From the NCBI GenBank assembly GCA_965213705.1, contig OZ243913.1, forward strand, positions 4,160,001-4,224,000: a stretch of 64,000 nt of DNA, written 5' to 3'. Source of the stretch: Trueperaceae bacterium. GTDB taxonomy: Bacteria > Deinococcota > Deinococci > Deinococcales > Trueperaceae. Position 1 is the stretch's first letter. The number at the start of each line of letters is the position of its first letter. The notes under the pieces were generated by a model. It made no database searches and was not told where the DNA came from. It was given only the letters and a program-made list of their open reading frames with translations. The position numbers were made by a program, and so were the translations under genes. Positions 48,800 through 59,600 of the stretch are shown here, one piece after another.

Positions 48800-49255
48800 T
48801 CAAACCTCCACACCCTCATCGACCCACTGCCCGCCGCCCCAAGGTGGGTATCGCCCTATCGCTCGTAAAATTTCCCGCTCCAACAGCCGTTCACGAACGT
48901 TGAGCTGGAGCAAGCGTTCCGTCACGCGAGCGATATCGGTGAGCGGTGTGATTCGTGCCTCGTTAAGGTCGAAGTGTTCACGCCAGCGGTCAGTACGCGG
49001 GTTATAAAAACGCACGAACGCACCCGTGTCCCAGTCAACCGAGCCGACGTCGCTGCCCTTGGTGCGGTTGCAAACTGCACAAGCGAGTGCCAGGTTGTCC
49101 TCTTCGGTTTGCCCGCCGTGCTTTTCACTGACAACGTGGTCAATTTGCAACGTGTAGTAGCTGTCGTCCTCGTGAATCAAACAGTATTCGCAGCACCGTT
49201 CCGCTCTTTGCGTCACGCGCTGGCGCAGCTCTGCCGGGATGTACGTTTTACTCAC
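48800..49255 (-). CDS. HNH endonuclease
   Basis: CCEYC, IDHVV..KHGG, NLALACAVCN..KG, FYNPR. Confidence 0.9.
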   Translation of the reverse strand: MSKTYIPAELRQRVTQRAERCCEYCLIHEDDSYYTLQIDHVVSEKHGGQTEEDNLALACAVCNRTKGSDVGSVDWDTGAFVRFYNPRTDRWREHFDLNEARITPLTDIARVTERLLQLNVRERLLEREILRAIGRYPPWGGGQWVDEGVEV

Positions 49256-49478
49256 TCAGAAGCTGTCTAGCTTTTGCTTTTGCCAAGCGCATGACGTGCT
49301 CGAGCTGCATATACTGGTCAAGCTCGCGGCGCTCGTCCTCGGACAAGCCCTGCGTTTTTTCGCGCTCGATGAGTTCACTTACCCTTGCTTGGGCGCTCTC
49401 AGACGGGCGAAAAGAAACGACGCGAGCAGGATTCGCGTCTGCAATCAGGTCAACGAGGTCTTGGTATGCGAGAGTCAC
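49248..49478 (-). CDS. Small protein, putative antitoxin partner of the HNH gene
   Basis: 76 aa, FRPSESAQARVSELIERE...LSEDERRELDQY. Overlaps the HNH start. Confidence 0.7.
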   Translation of the reverse strand: MTLAYQDLVDLIADANPARVVSFRPSESAQARVSELIEREKTQGLSEDERRELDQYMQLEHVMRLAKAKARQLLSE

Positions 49479-49775
49479 CGTGTAAGTAGTTTACCTCAGA
49501 TTGAGGTCAGCAGCCTCGTCAGGTTGCTGAAAAGCGTATGCACGTACAGTCAACCTCGAGACAACACGTCACCCGAGATTCGCTAACCCTCGAGAAACTC
49601 CCTTAGCCAAGGTAATGCTAGCCCTCGAGACCCCCTCGGCTCGAGAGGGCACACCTAGCGTATTGCTGAGAAAAAGAGAGGAGGCTCGAGCCCCGCACAA
49701 GAGCCTCGTCCTGTTCACAAACGCAGTCGCCTGGGACTTTGTGCCTTTTTCAACCATGACCCTGCCTTTTCCGCT

Positions 49776-51248
49776 CTACGGCTCGCCTATCCAAAGCTCG
49801 AACAGGTCCGACAGCTCGCAAGCGCACACCTCTTCGGCGACGTTTCTCAAATCGTCCGTCGTCACGAAGTCCCAGGCGTAGCGGGTGTAGTAGGTTTGCA
49901 AGACAGCCTCCACGGTTTCCCGGCCCAGACGCGCCTCGAGAGCCTCGTAGAAAAAGAGGCCACGGCCGTAGACGATGGCGCTGTAGTCGCGGTCGTAAGC
50001 CGCGACCGGCAAACCTACCGCCTTGGCGGGGTCGGGGGCGGCGCGCCACAAACTGCGCCAGTTTTGCAAGTAGCCGTCCACGAACCGTTCGGTGTCGTAT
50101 TCGCGGTGGTAGAGCAGCGTGAGGTACTGCGCCAGCGACTCGTCCAGCCACGGCTCTTGGATTTGGTCGCTGCCGACTAAGTTGAACGACCACTGGTGCG
50201 CGACCTCGTGCGCGACGACCGAATCAAGCGTGCCGCTGCGGTCGTTGTAGAGGCTGTTCGCTATGTTGACGAGCCCCGGATACTCGATGCCGCCCGCCGT
50301 CACCGGCACGGCGACGAGGTCGAGTTCGCGGTAGGGGTAGGGCGTGAACTTGGAGAACAGCTCGAGCGCTTGTGCAGCAACTTCCAAGGTTCGCTCGCCG
50401 CCGCTCACCAGACCGGCGGGCACGTAAGCGTTTACAACCGTGTCGCCCACCACCCGGCTCAGCAGCGTATAGTTTGTCGCGGCGGCTAAGTAAAAGTCTC
50501 GAGCCGGACCCGCGGCGAACACGGCTGTTTTTTGGCCGTCCACTACCGTTTCTTCGGTCAGGCGGCCCGTGGTGACGAGCTGCAGACTTTCCGGCGCGCG
50601 CACCCGGACGAGGTAAAACCCCGCTTCGGCGACGAGCGGGTCGCCCGCGGGGTCGGGCACGCTCGCCTCCCAAGCGCCGTCCCGGAAAACCGACAGGGTC
50701 GGGTAGATGTCGGCCAAACTCAGCACGTTTTCGTACTGCGCCAAACGTCCGTACGCTACCGGTTGCGGGGCGGGGGTAGCGGGTAACCTCACGGCAAAGT
50801 CCATGCTCACCACCACGTCTTCGCCCGGCAACAACGACAGCGCTAGGGGCACGCGCAGCGCGGTGTCCTCAGCCTCGAGCCTCACCGTCACCGCCCGCCC
50901 GTCCACCCGCACGCTATCCACCGTCATCGCCGCGCCGAGGGCGTTGGGGTAAAGCCGAAAGACGAGGTCGTCCAACAGGTCATGGGTGGTGTTGGTAAAG
51001 CGAACCTCCATCTTGCCGCTGACGACTTCTTCAGCCGTGCTGCTCGAGCCTTGCAGGGTCAGCTCGAGGTGATAGACGGGCGCGTCGGCGAGCGCTGACA
51101 AGTCGCCCTGCCGAGCGGGCACGAGGTCGTTGGTAAAAATACCGAGGTCGTCCCAGGGTGTGCCGAACAAGGTGGGGGGCGGGGCGGCCAGGCTGAAGCC
51201 GCACAAAACGAGCAGGCCCCAGAGCACAGTGTGTCTAAGGTGTCTCAT
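49776..51248 (-). CDS. Secreted M1-family metallopeptidase
   Basis: Signal peptide, GGIEYPG, HEVAHQW...WLDE, VYGRG. Confidence 0.9.
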   Translation of the reverse strand: MRHLRHTVLWGLLVLCGFSLAAPPPTLFGTPWDDLGIFTNDLVPARQGDLSALADAPVYHLELTLQGSSSTAEEVVSGKMEVRFTNTTHDLLDDLVFRLYPNALGAAMTVDSVRVDGRAVTVRLEAEDTALRVPLALSLLPGEDVVVSMDFAVRLPATPAPQPVAYGRLAQYENVLSLADIYPTLSVFRDGAWEASVPDPAGDPLVAEAGFYLVRVRAPESLQLVTTGRLTEETVVDGQKTAVFAAGPARDFYLAAATNYTLLSRVVGDTVVNAYVPAGLVSGGERTLEVAAQALELFSKFTPYPYRELDLVAVPVTAGGIEYPGLVNIANSLYNDRSGTLDSVVAHEVAHQWSFNLVGSDQIQEPWLDESLAQYLTLLYHREYDTERFVDGYLQNWRSLWRAAPDPAKAVGLPVAAYDRDYSAIVYGRGLFFYEALEARLGRETVEAVLQTYYTRYAWDFVTTDDLRNVAEEVCACELSDLFELWIGEP

Positions 51249-51269
51249 GGGTTCCGAGTATACCGGGGT

Positions 51270-51947
51270 TCAAACCTCGACCTCACTCAACGCACGCAGT
51301 TTTTTAATCAGCGGGCGCAGCCGCGCGGCCTTGAGCTTGAGGGCGGCGCGGTTGACCACGAAACGAGCCGACGAGTGCAAGATAGTCTCGACCTCTTCCA
51401 AGTTGTTGGCGCGGAGCGTGCCGCCGGTCTGAACAATGTCCACCACCGCGTCGGCCAGCCCGGTCAGGCAGGCCAACTCGACGTTGCCCGACAGCTCGAC
51501 CACTTCGGCGCTGTTGCCTTGCGCGCGTAAATAAGCGAGCGTCAGGCGCGGGTACTTGCTCGCCACGCGGCGCAGCGGCCCCCGCGCCCCGACCGGCCGG
51601 ATAAGGGACAGACGACAGGCGCTGAAACCCAAGTCGACGGGTTCGTAAATCCGCAAACCCGACTCCAGCAGCACGTCTTTGCCGACCACACCCGCGTCGG
51701 CCACACCGAGTTCGACGTAGACGGGCACGTCGGCGTTGCGCATCTCGATGAGGGTCGCGTCGCCCGCCGCGTGGCGCAAAGTGCGGTCGCCGCCCAGCTC
51801 GAGCCGCAGCCCCGCCCGGCGCAGCACCGCCAAGCTCTCCTCCATTACCCGGCCTTTGGGCAGGGCCAGGGTGAGGTCGGACGAGCCGAGGCCGTCGTCG
51901 GGCGTCGCTTTTTCGGGCAGGGGTTCGGACTCGGTGTCGCTAAGCAC
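51270..51947 (-). CDS. hisG: ATP phosphoribosyltransferase, short form
   Basis: [33 protein letters not shown]. Confidence 0.95.
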   Translation of the reverse strand: MLSDTESEPLPEKATPDDGLGSSDLTLALPKGRVMEESLAVLRRAGLRLELGGDRTLRHAAGDATLIEMRNADVPVYVELGVADAGVVGKDVLLESGLRIYEPVDLGFSACRLSLIRPVGARGPLRRVASKYPRLTLAYLRAQGNSAEVVELSGNVELACLTGLADAVVDIVQTGGTLRANNLEEVETILHSSARFVVNRAALKLKAARLRPLIKKLRALSEVEV

Positions 51948-53100
51948 AGGTCGCCGCCAACAGGTCGGACAGCTCGGCGTAGCGCGGGCGCTCCGAACCT
52001 AAGGGCTCGAGGCCCGCCGCGGTGAGCAGGTAAGGGATGCCGCGCTCGGCGGCGTAGCGGGCAGCCGCGTCCCGGTCGCCGAACAGCGACCGCTCGACCA
52101 CCACACCCGCCGCGCGCAAAAGCCGCGCCGGGTGGTCGTCCAAACTCAGCACCAGCGGGCGGGCCTGGCTCGCGCCGCCGGGCAGCGCCCACAGCAACCG
52201 CTCCACCCCGATGGAAAACCCGGCCGCGTAGGGCAGCAGCGCGCCGTCGTAACGGCCGCCGCCCAACAGCGGCTGCCCGAATTCGAAAGTGTAGGCCTGA
52301 AAAGTCACCCCGGTGTAGTAGCTCAGCCGCCGCGCCCGCCCGAAGTCGAGCAGGAGTTCGTCCACGTCCTCGAACTCGGCTAAAACGGCGTGAAGCGCGT
52401 CGAGTTCGCGTTGCGTCTCGGGCCAGGGCGCGAGACGACGCGCCGCTGCGAGGGCGGACACGTCCCCGTAGAGGTCGGCGACGTCGACGAGGGCGCGGCG
52501 CAGGTCCGGGGCGAGCGTGAGGGGTGAGAGCAGCGTTTGGACGCCGCGCCGGTCTTTGCGGTCGATGGCGTCGGCGACCTCGTCGCGCTGCGCGGCAGGC
52601 ACCTCGGCTAGATCGAACAGCGCCCGCACGAAACCCGGGCTGCCGACCTCGACGCGCGGAACCAAGTCCACCGCCCGCACCGACTCGCGCGCTAAGTGGA
52701 TGAGTTCGGCGTCGGCCCGGGGGTTCGACACCCCGACAAGCTCGAGGCCGATTTGCGTAAACTCGCGCGTCCGGGCGAAGTCCGGGTGGATTGCCTGCCA
52801 GACCGTGCCGCAGTACTGGAAGCGCATGGGTTGGACGGGCTCGGCGTAGTTGGCGCGGACCAAGTTGGCAATCGCCGGGGTAAAGTCCGCGCGCAGCGCC
52901 AGCACGCCCGAGTCGCGGTCGGAGAGTTTGAACGACTGCGCCGCGCGCGGGTGGCCGGGGCTGTAGTGCTCCAAGGCCGGCGTGTCGACCCGCGCGTAGC
53001 CCCAACCGTCATAGAGCCGCTGCAGCGCGCCCACAATGCGCCCGCGCAAACCCGCCTCGGCGGGCAGCGCGAAACGGGTGCCGTCCGGCAGCGCGCTCAC
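51940..53100 (-). CDS. hisZ: ATP phosphoribosyltransferase regulatory subunit
   Basis: HisRS-like motifs [25 protein letters not shown]. Lies upstream of short hisG. Confidence 0.92.
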   Translation of the reverse strand: MSALPDGTRFALPAEAGLRGRIVGALQRLYDGWGYARVDTPALEHYSPGHPRAAQSFKLSDRDSGVLALRADFTPAIANLVRANYAEPVQPMRFQYCGTVWQAIHPDFARTREFTQIGLELVGVSNPRADAELIHLARESVRAVDLVPRVEVGSPGFVRALFDLAEVPAAQRDEVADAIDRKDRRGVQTLLSPLTLAPDLRRALVDVADLYGDVSALAAARRLAPWPETQRELDALHAVLAEFEDVDELLLDFGRARRLSYYTGVTFQAYTFEFGQPLLGGGRYDGALLPYAAGFSIGVERLLWALPGGASQARPLVLSLDDHPARLLRAAGVVVERSLFGDRDAAARYAAERGIPYLLTAAGLEPLGSERPRYAELSDLLAATCA

Positions 53101-53173
53101 GAGTTGGTCGACAACGGGTTAGTCATTAGTGTGGCGGAAAGAGTCATTGAGTCGAGCATAGCAAGAGGTGAGG

Positions 53174-53247
53174 GTTGTTCGTTCTTCGTTGTTCGTTGTT
53201 CGTTGTGCGTTCCTTGTCCAAGACGAAAAACTAAAAACGAAGAACGA
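53174..53247. repeat. Heptamer tandem repeats with an inverted degenerate counterpart
   Basis: (gttgttc)-like x5 at 53174-53208, then gacgaaa aactaaa aacgaag aacga at 53222-53247. Confidence 0.75.
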
Positions 53248-53251
53248 TTCT

Positions 53252-53689
53252 CTAACTCCGGTAAGCGTCCAGCGGGCTCGAGTCGGGCTCTACGACCCTT
53301 TTGCGCGGCGGCTGCAACCCGGCTAAGAGCAGCGGCACGCCGATGAACAGTTCTATCGCCAGGGCTAAAAAGTTGAACGGCAACAGCGCCCCGTCGATGA
53401 CCATGCTCAGCAAGCGGCCCGCCGCGATGCCGAGCCACAAAAAGCCCGCAAAACGCAAATAAGCCGCGCCGCCCGCGCGCCTCGTCAAGGCCCACAGCAG
53501 CACGCCGCCCATCACCAGGAACATCATCCCGTAGGTCGCGCGCATCTCGCTCAGGCCGCGGCCCTCCAGCAGTTCGAAGCCCAACACGCGCACCATGAAC
53601 CAGGGGTTGAAAAACGAGGCCAAACCGAATAAGAGGATGACCGCCGTTACCAAATAAGCCAGCCGGGTCCGGGTCAGGTAGCCTTTCAC
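53252..53689 (-). CDS. DUF4345-like membrane protein
   Basis: Four TMs, SEMRATYG, GRLLSM..DG. Confidence 0.75.
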   Translation of the reverse strand: MKGYLTRTRLAYLVTAVILLFGLASFFNPWFMVRVLGFELLEGRGLSEMRATYGMMFLVMGGVLLWALTRRAGGAAYLRFAGFLWLGIAAGRLLSMVIDGALLPFNFLALAIELFIGVPLLLAGLQPPRKRVVEPDSSPLDAYRS

Positions 53690-54030
53690 GCTATGTCCCG
53701 CGGTGCGCCCTGCCAGCCGCCCAGCACGTGGACGTGGGTGTGAAACACGACCTGCCCCGCGCCCGCCCCGACGTTGACGCCCAAGCGGTAGTCTGTAAGG
53801 TTGGCGGCCTTGGCGGTTTTGACGGCGGCGGCGAGCAGCCCTCCGAGCGCGTCCGCGCCCTTGTCTTGAAGCAGCGCGTCCAGGTTGGGGCTGTGCGCTT
53901 TGGGAATGACGAGGTAGTGAACGGGCGCTTTGGGCTGGATGTCTTCGAACGCCAAGTAGGCGTCGTCTTCGAACACTTTGGTGGCGGGTACGTTTTCAGC
54001 CACGATTTCGCAAAAGACACAGTCGTTCAT
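53686..54030 (-). CDS. HIT-family nucleotide-binding protein
   Basis: DCVFC, DIQPKAPVHYLVIPK, GQVVFHTHVHVLGG. AGGAG RBS. Confidence 0.92.
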   Translation of the reverse strand: MNDCVFCEIVAENVPATKVFEDDAYLAFEDIQPKAPVHYLVIPKAHSPNLDALLQDKGADALGGLLAAAVKTAKAANLTDYRLGVNVGAGAGQVVFHTHVHVLGGWQGAPRDIA

Positions 54031-54118
54031 GAGGCTCCTTGAGTGCCAGTGTAGCGCAAATTCGTTCTCACGGGCGGCGCGCCTCGGGCGCGGCGGACCC
54101 GGGCTTCTGGCCGCCCGG

Positions 54119-54649
54119 TCAAGGCGCGCGCCGAGCCAGCGGGTAAACCGTGTCCGGGCCGAGCCAATCGCGTAAAACCACGCCCTCGGCGGGCAGGGTG
54201 GCCTCGAGCCGCACCGTTTTGAGCCGCGCCGCCAACGCCTCGGGGTCGGCCACGTCGTAAAAGACGGAGATGTGGGGCAACCAGCGACCGCCGGTATAAA
54301 TATCCGCCGCCGCGTCACCGACGACCGCGGCGGCGCGGACTTGCAGGTCGAGCAGGTCCGGGGTTTTGCGCAGCCGCAAATAAACGACGCCCTGTTCTGC
54401 GAACGCCCCCGCACCGACGACCTCCAGAGAAAACGCTTTTTGGCCGGACACCGCGGCCAACCCCGACCGTACCCTGTCCAACTGCGCGCGGTCGCGTAGT
54501 TGCACCAGGGTGACGTGCGGCCAGGGGTAGGGCGCGCGGCCCGCCGCCTTTTCCAAAACCCGCTCGAGTTCGACCGGCAACTGCAACGGGGCCAGCGCCA
54601 CCGTCGCCTGCCACGGCCCCCGGTAGTGGCTGGGTAACGGCGAAATCAC
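54119..54649 (-). CDS. 2H phosphoesterase (2'-5' RNA ligase family)
   Basis: PHVTL and PHISV motifs. Confidence 0.75.
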   Translation of the reverse strand: MISPLPSHYRGPWQATVALAPLQLPVELERVLEKAAGRAPYPWPHVTLVQLRDRAQLDRVRSGLAAVSGQKAFSLEVVGAGAFAEQGVVYLRLRKTPDLLDLQVRAAAVVGDAAADIYTGGRWLPHISVFYDVADPEALAARLKTVRLEATLPAEGVVLRDWLGPDTVYPLARRAP

Positions 54650-55743
54650 CCGCGCCGGCTCAGCACGCCCAGGTTGTCGCGGTGAATGACCTCGTCGTAG
54701 TCTTTGTAGCCGAGCACGGCGGCGATTTCGCGGGTTTGGCGGCCCATGATGCGCTCTACAGCGGCGCTCGAGTAGTTGCTCAGGCCCTGCGCCAGCACGG
54801 TGTCTTCAAAAACGACAGCTACCGCGTCGCCGAAGCCGAAGCGGCCCTCGACTTTTGTAACGCCGCTCGGTAACAAACTGCGCCCGCCTTGCAGCGCCCG
54901 CGCCGCGCCCGCGTCCACAAAGATGCGCCCCCGCGTGGGCTGCTGGGCGAGCCAGGCCTTGCGCGCGGGCGGGTGGGCCTGCGCCAAAAAGCGGGTGCCC
55001 CGCACCGTGCCGCGGGCTAGGGCCTCGAGCCCCGCCCCGCCCCCGCCGATGATAAGCGTTTCGATGCCCGCCTCGGTGGCGATGCGGGCGGCGCGCAACT
55101 TGGTGACCATGCCGCCGGTGCCACGCCCCGAACCCTCGCCGCCCGCCACTTTTTCGACAAGGCCGATGTCGCTCACCTCTTTGATCGGCGTGGCGTCCGG
55201 GTGCGTGCGCGGGTCGGCCCCGAACAGGCCGTCGACGTCGGTCAAAATAACCAGCGCGTCGGCCCCCACGAGGTAGGCCGTCCAGGCCGAAAGCGTGTCG
55301 TTGTCACCGAGCTTGATTTCCTGGGTCGCCACCGAATCGTTTTCGTTGACGACCGGCACCGCGCCGAGTTTCAAACTCGCAGAGAGCGCGTTTTTGGCGT
55401 TGACGTAGCGCTCGCGGTCTTGCACGTCGGCGGCGCTGAGGAGAACCTGCGCCACCGGCAACGGGGCCAGCGCCCGCGCCCAGTCCAGCATGAGAAGCGC
55501 CTGCCCGACCGCCGCCGCCGCTTGTTTTTCTGGTAGGGTCAGAGGCAGCGTAAGGCCCAGCCGCTCGCGCCCCGCCGCGCCCGCGCCCGACGAGACGATG
55601 ACGACCTGGCAGGACAGCGCCTCTTGCAACACCTGCGCGCCCCGCGCGACGGCCCACATCGCCGGCGGAAAAATGCGCCCCGAAGCGTCGGTTAAGCTGC
55701 TCGTACCGACCTTGACGACGACGCGCCGCCAGGGTTTGCCCAT
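54646..55743 (-). CDS. proB: Glutamate 5-kinase
   Basis: VVKVGTSSL, VSSGA, NENDSV, GDNDTL, GTGGM.TK, and a PUA domain. Confidence 0.95.
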   Translation of the reverse strand: MGKPWRRVVVKVGTSSLTDASGRIFPPAMWAVARGAQVLQEALSCQVVIVSSGAGAAGRERLGLTLPLTLPEKQAAAAVGQALLMLDWARALAPLPVAQVLLSAADVQDRERYVNAKNALSASLKLGAVPVVNENDSVATQEIKLGDNDTLSAWTAYLVGADALVILTDVDGLFGADPRTHPDATPIKEVSDIGLVEKVAGGEGSGRGTGGMVTKLRAARIATEAGIETLIIGGGGAGLEALARGTVRGTRFLAQAHPPARKAWLAQQPTRGRIFVDAGAARALQGGRSLLPSGVTKVEGRFGFGDAVAVVFEDTVLAQGLSNYSSAAVERIMGRQTREIAAVLGYKDYDEVIHRDNLGVLSRRG

Positions 55744-56053
55744 TTTGTCTTGGTTCGCCTGCAAAGTAAGCCTCTTCGTCGAAACGGGTAAACGGGAGTA
55801 GTTTCCGGTTGGGGAGCTGTACAAAAACAGCTGTACAAATACAGTCACCCGAAAAGGAAAGCTATCAAAAGAAGCCCAGTGTAACAAGAACGGGCTTCCC
55901 TTGGAACGGGCCGAGCGAGGGAACGGGGGTCCGAGCAACTCGTGCCGGAACAGCCTGCAGACTCGACAAGCTGCTTGAAGGAAACTTCGGCAGTTGAACG
56001 GGTGGTAGCGTTCAGCACGAACAGCTCAGCACAAGCAGCTCAGCACAAGCAGT

Positions 56054-56641
56054 TCACCGACAGCACCGTGCCACCCGCGCGTAAGCCGTCGCCACCGCCC
56101 GCGCCAACACCTCCGGCGACCCCGGCGCGGCCAACAAAGTGTCGAGTTGTGCGTCGCTCAGCCCGGCCAGGGGTTGCGCCTGCGGACGTTCGCCCGCGAA
56201 GTGCAGGGCGGTTCCTTCGGCCCGCCAGCGCGGCCAGTCGGCGGGTTGGGCAAGGTGAAAAAGTTCGTGGCGCAAGGTTTTTTCAAGGCTGCGGCGCTCG
56301 AGCAGCACCCTCAGCCGCTGGGTGTGCAGCGCCCCGGTGCGGCGGTCGGCCACGGCGGCGACGTACCAGGGCGCGCCGGTTTCACCCGTAAAACTCTCAA
56401 GCGTCGGGTGAACGCGCACGGTGACCGAGTCGGGGAGAAGCAAGCCCAACTCTTCAAGGTCGTGGGCGGCTTGCTCGAGAAGGGTAAAAACTTGCTCGAG
56501 CTTTTCAGCGTCCGCGGGCGAAGCGGTTTCGACCCTGAAGAAACCGTCACCGGCCTCCTGCCAGGTCTGGGCGCAGCTGAAACCGAGCAAGCTCAGCAAA
56601 ACCGTCAAGCAGACTTGTTGGAAACAGGGGCGCGGCCTCAC
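56054..56641 (-). CDS. Exported HExxH protein downstream of alpha-2-macroglobulin
   Basis: Hydrophobic N-terminus, TLRHELFH, WRAEGTA. Confidence 0.7.
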   Translation of the reverse strand: MRPRPCFQQVCLTVLLSLLGFSCAQTWQEAGDGFFRVETASPADAEKLEQVFTLLEQAAHDLEELGLLLPDSVTVRVHPTLESFTGETGAPWYVAAVADRRTGALHTQRLRVLLERRSLEKTLRHELFHLAQPADWPRWRAEGTALHFAGERPQAQPLAGLSDAQLDTLLAAPGSPEVLARAVATAYARVARCCR

Positions 56642-56646
56642 CCCTG

Positions 56647-59600
56647 TCAGCGCCCCTCTCCGACTTGCAAGGTCGCGTCCGGCCCCGTGCCGCGCACCTC
56701 GGGCTCGTACATCAGCCAGGCCTGGGTGGGCAGCGCCGCGAACACCCCCGGCGTTTCCGCACGCAGGACGTAGGTGAACGTCACCGGCTCGCCCAGGAAA
56801 GTGAAGTAGTAGTCGACCCGTTCGTCGTAGACCTCGCGCCCGTCGTACCAGTAGTTCCAACCGTAGTAATCGTAGCCGTAACGGGGCTCTACGCCCGCCA
56901 CGCGGAACGCCCCGTCGTCTTCGATGACCCGGTACCCGGCGGGCAGGGGTTCGTTGACGAGCACGTAGCGGTAAGCGTCTTTGGGGTCAATCGTCACGGT
57001 GACGAGGACGTAATCGCCGACTTCCGCGGGGCCGCTCAGGGTTTTTCGGTCGTAAGTGTAGGCTTGTTCTTTTGCGTCGTAGACGGGTGTGAGGCGTTCG
57101 TAGCGGCGCTGGACCTTGAAGTTGTCCGTTTGCGGTGTAAACCTCTCTTGCTCGCTGAAGTATGCGACCGCGGCGCTCGAGTACAGCGTGCCGTCACCTG
57201 AAACGTTCACCTCGAGCACGTTCCGGCCGGAGTTAAAGCCGTCCAACGGTACCTCGACGCCTGTGTCGGTTTGGTTGAGGCCGGTGCTGACGAGGTCTGC
57301 CCCGTTGAGGCGAGCACTTACCTGAACATCGCTCGTACTTTCGTCGGTCGCGTCGGCGAGGACGAGGGCGGCCCGCACCACGGCGGCGGTGTCTTTGGTC
57401 GAGACCCAGCGGGCACCGTTGCGCTCGAGCAGCAGCCAGTTCACCACTTTGGGCAACAGGGCCGCGTTCGGGCGCAGTTCGGCTAAGGCTTGCAGCGCGT
57501 AGGCCGTCGCCTCCACCCGGTCGTCGTTCCAGTAGTAGCGCGGCGCACCCGTCTCCCAGTAAGCGACGCGGTCGCGTTCGGTAACGCGGGATAAAAGTTC
57601 GTCTAAGTAGAGGTTCGCCTCCACATCCCGCCCCACCTCGTGAAACGCCAGCACGCTGAGCGCGAGGCCGTAGGGCGACATGTCGGCGCGGCCCACCACG
57701 CGGCCCAACCCGTCGATGGGCCGTCCGGCCTGCGCCAGCGCGAGAAACGCGTACGCCTTGGCGTCGGCGTCTACCAAACGCCCGCCGTCCGTCGTGGTCT
57801 CGGGGGCGGCTTGAACAACGGCTTCTAAGTAGTCGAGAGCCCTGCTGAGAAATTCGTCTTTTACCCTGTAACCTGCTTCTTGAGCTTCCAGCAAACCAGT
57901 GACGACGTAGGCGCTGATGAAGGGGCTCGAGCCGTCGAACTGCCAGAAACCCCAGCCGCCGTCGTCGTGCTGAAAAGTGTAGAGGCGTTCCAAGCCCTTG
58001 GCGACGATGTCGCCCAAGTTGGCAGCGACCTCTTCAGGCAGCTGAGCGAGGTCACCGGCTCGCGCCGCCAGCACGCTCGGGTAAAAGCGGCTCATGGTCT
58101 GCTCGGTGCAGCCGTAGGGATAGCCCGCCAAGTACGAGAGCGCCGGACTGACCGCCGCCGCCAGCGAGGGCGTGAGGTAAAGCGTGCCCGCGGCGGTGCC
58201 GAGGTCGGTGTTCGCAGGCAAGTCGAACGTCCAGGTGCCGCTGCCCGCGTCCGCCCAGCCGAGTTCGCTGCGCAAGCCATGGGGCAGCACCGGGACGGGC
58301 ACTTTCACGGCGTCGCTCGCCGCCGGGGTGAGGGCGGTCGCGGTCACGCTGGCAGTACCTGTTTTGTCGGCACTCACCCTAAAGTCGGCGCTGCTGCGCC
58401 CCCCCGCCGGGAGAGTGGTGGCTTGGGGGTCGGGCTCGAGCACACTGAGGCCGTCGGCGGACAGCTCGAGCCGCCCTTCTTGGTCCGTGTCTAGGTTGCT
58501 CTGCCCCACAACGCGCAAGCTCGCCTCGTCGCCCGTGACGAAAAAACGCGGCGCGGCCAAGCGGGCGATGACCGGCAGCGACGTCTTGACGCTGTAGGTC
58601 TTTTGGCCCACCTCGTCGCCCAGGGTAAGGGCTCGAGCGGTGAGCCGCCACTCGGTGAGGTTGTCGGGAAAGGTGACGGTTGTCGACGCCAGACCGTCGG
58701 CGTTCGTCTGCAGCGCGGGCAGCCACAAAATCGTGTCGCGGAAGTCCTCGCGCAAGTCCGCCGCGGCAAAGTCGGCCTTGCCCTGCGCGAACACGGCCTC
58801 GTCCAGCGCGGCCCGCGCCGACGGCGCAGCCGCGCCGTCTGCAAAGGCCTGGCTGCTGCCGAAGTAGTACCAGTCGCTGAGTTGGGTGCCCACCAGGTTG
58901 TCTTTGAGCGCGTAAAAAAAGCCGCGGATGTCCGGCGTTCCGTCGGGCCGAACGAGGAAGATGCCCTCGTCGACCAGGGCGAGCGCCACTTGCGCCCGCA
59001 CTCCGCGCCCGGACGCGTCCGAGACGCGCACAGCGAAGCGGCCCGTCGCGCCGGGCTCGTAGGTATCGGCGTCGGAGGTGAGTTCGACGTTCAGAAACTT
59101 GTCCGTCGGCGGTACCCGGTACCCGGCCGTGTCGGTGTAGGTCACGCCGTCGCCGACGATTGTCACCGACAAGTAGCCGTTGGGCGTCATGGCGGCGGTG
59201 ACGGGCAGTTCATAGGTCAGGACCGACCCGTCGAGTTTGACCATGTCGTACGAGGCGAGTTCGTCTCCCTCCACGGTCACCAGCGCATAGCCGTCGGCAA
59301 CAGGCGACTGCACGACGAAACGCGCGGTGTCGCCGACCTCGTATTCGTCTTTGTCGGTGGTGACGGTGAGCCCGTCGTAAGCCCAGTACCAGCGCTCGTC
59401 GCCGGACACCCAGGCGTAGTCGGCGGCCTCGGTCCGCCGCCCCGCGGCGTCTTGCGCCGTGGCTATCAAGTTATAGGAACCTTGCTCGGCGAACTCGTAG
59501 GGCACGCTCGCCACCCCGTCCGCGTCCGTTTGCCCCCGGTACGTCTGCCCCTTGACGGTACGGCTTCCCCCATCGTCCCACACGTAACGCTCGGTCTCGA

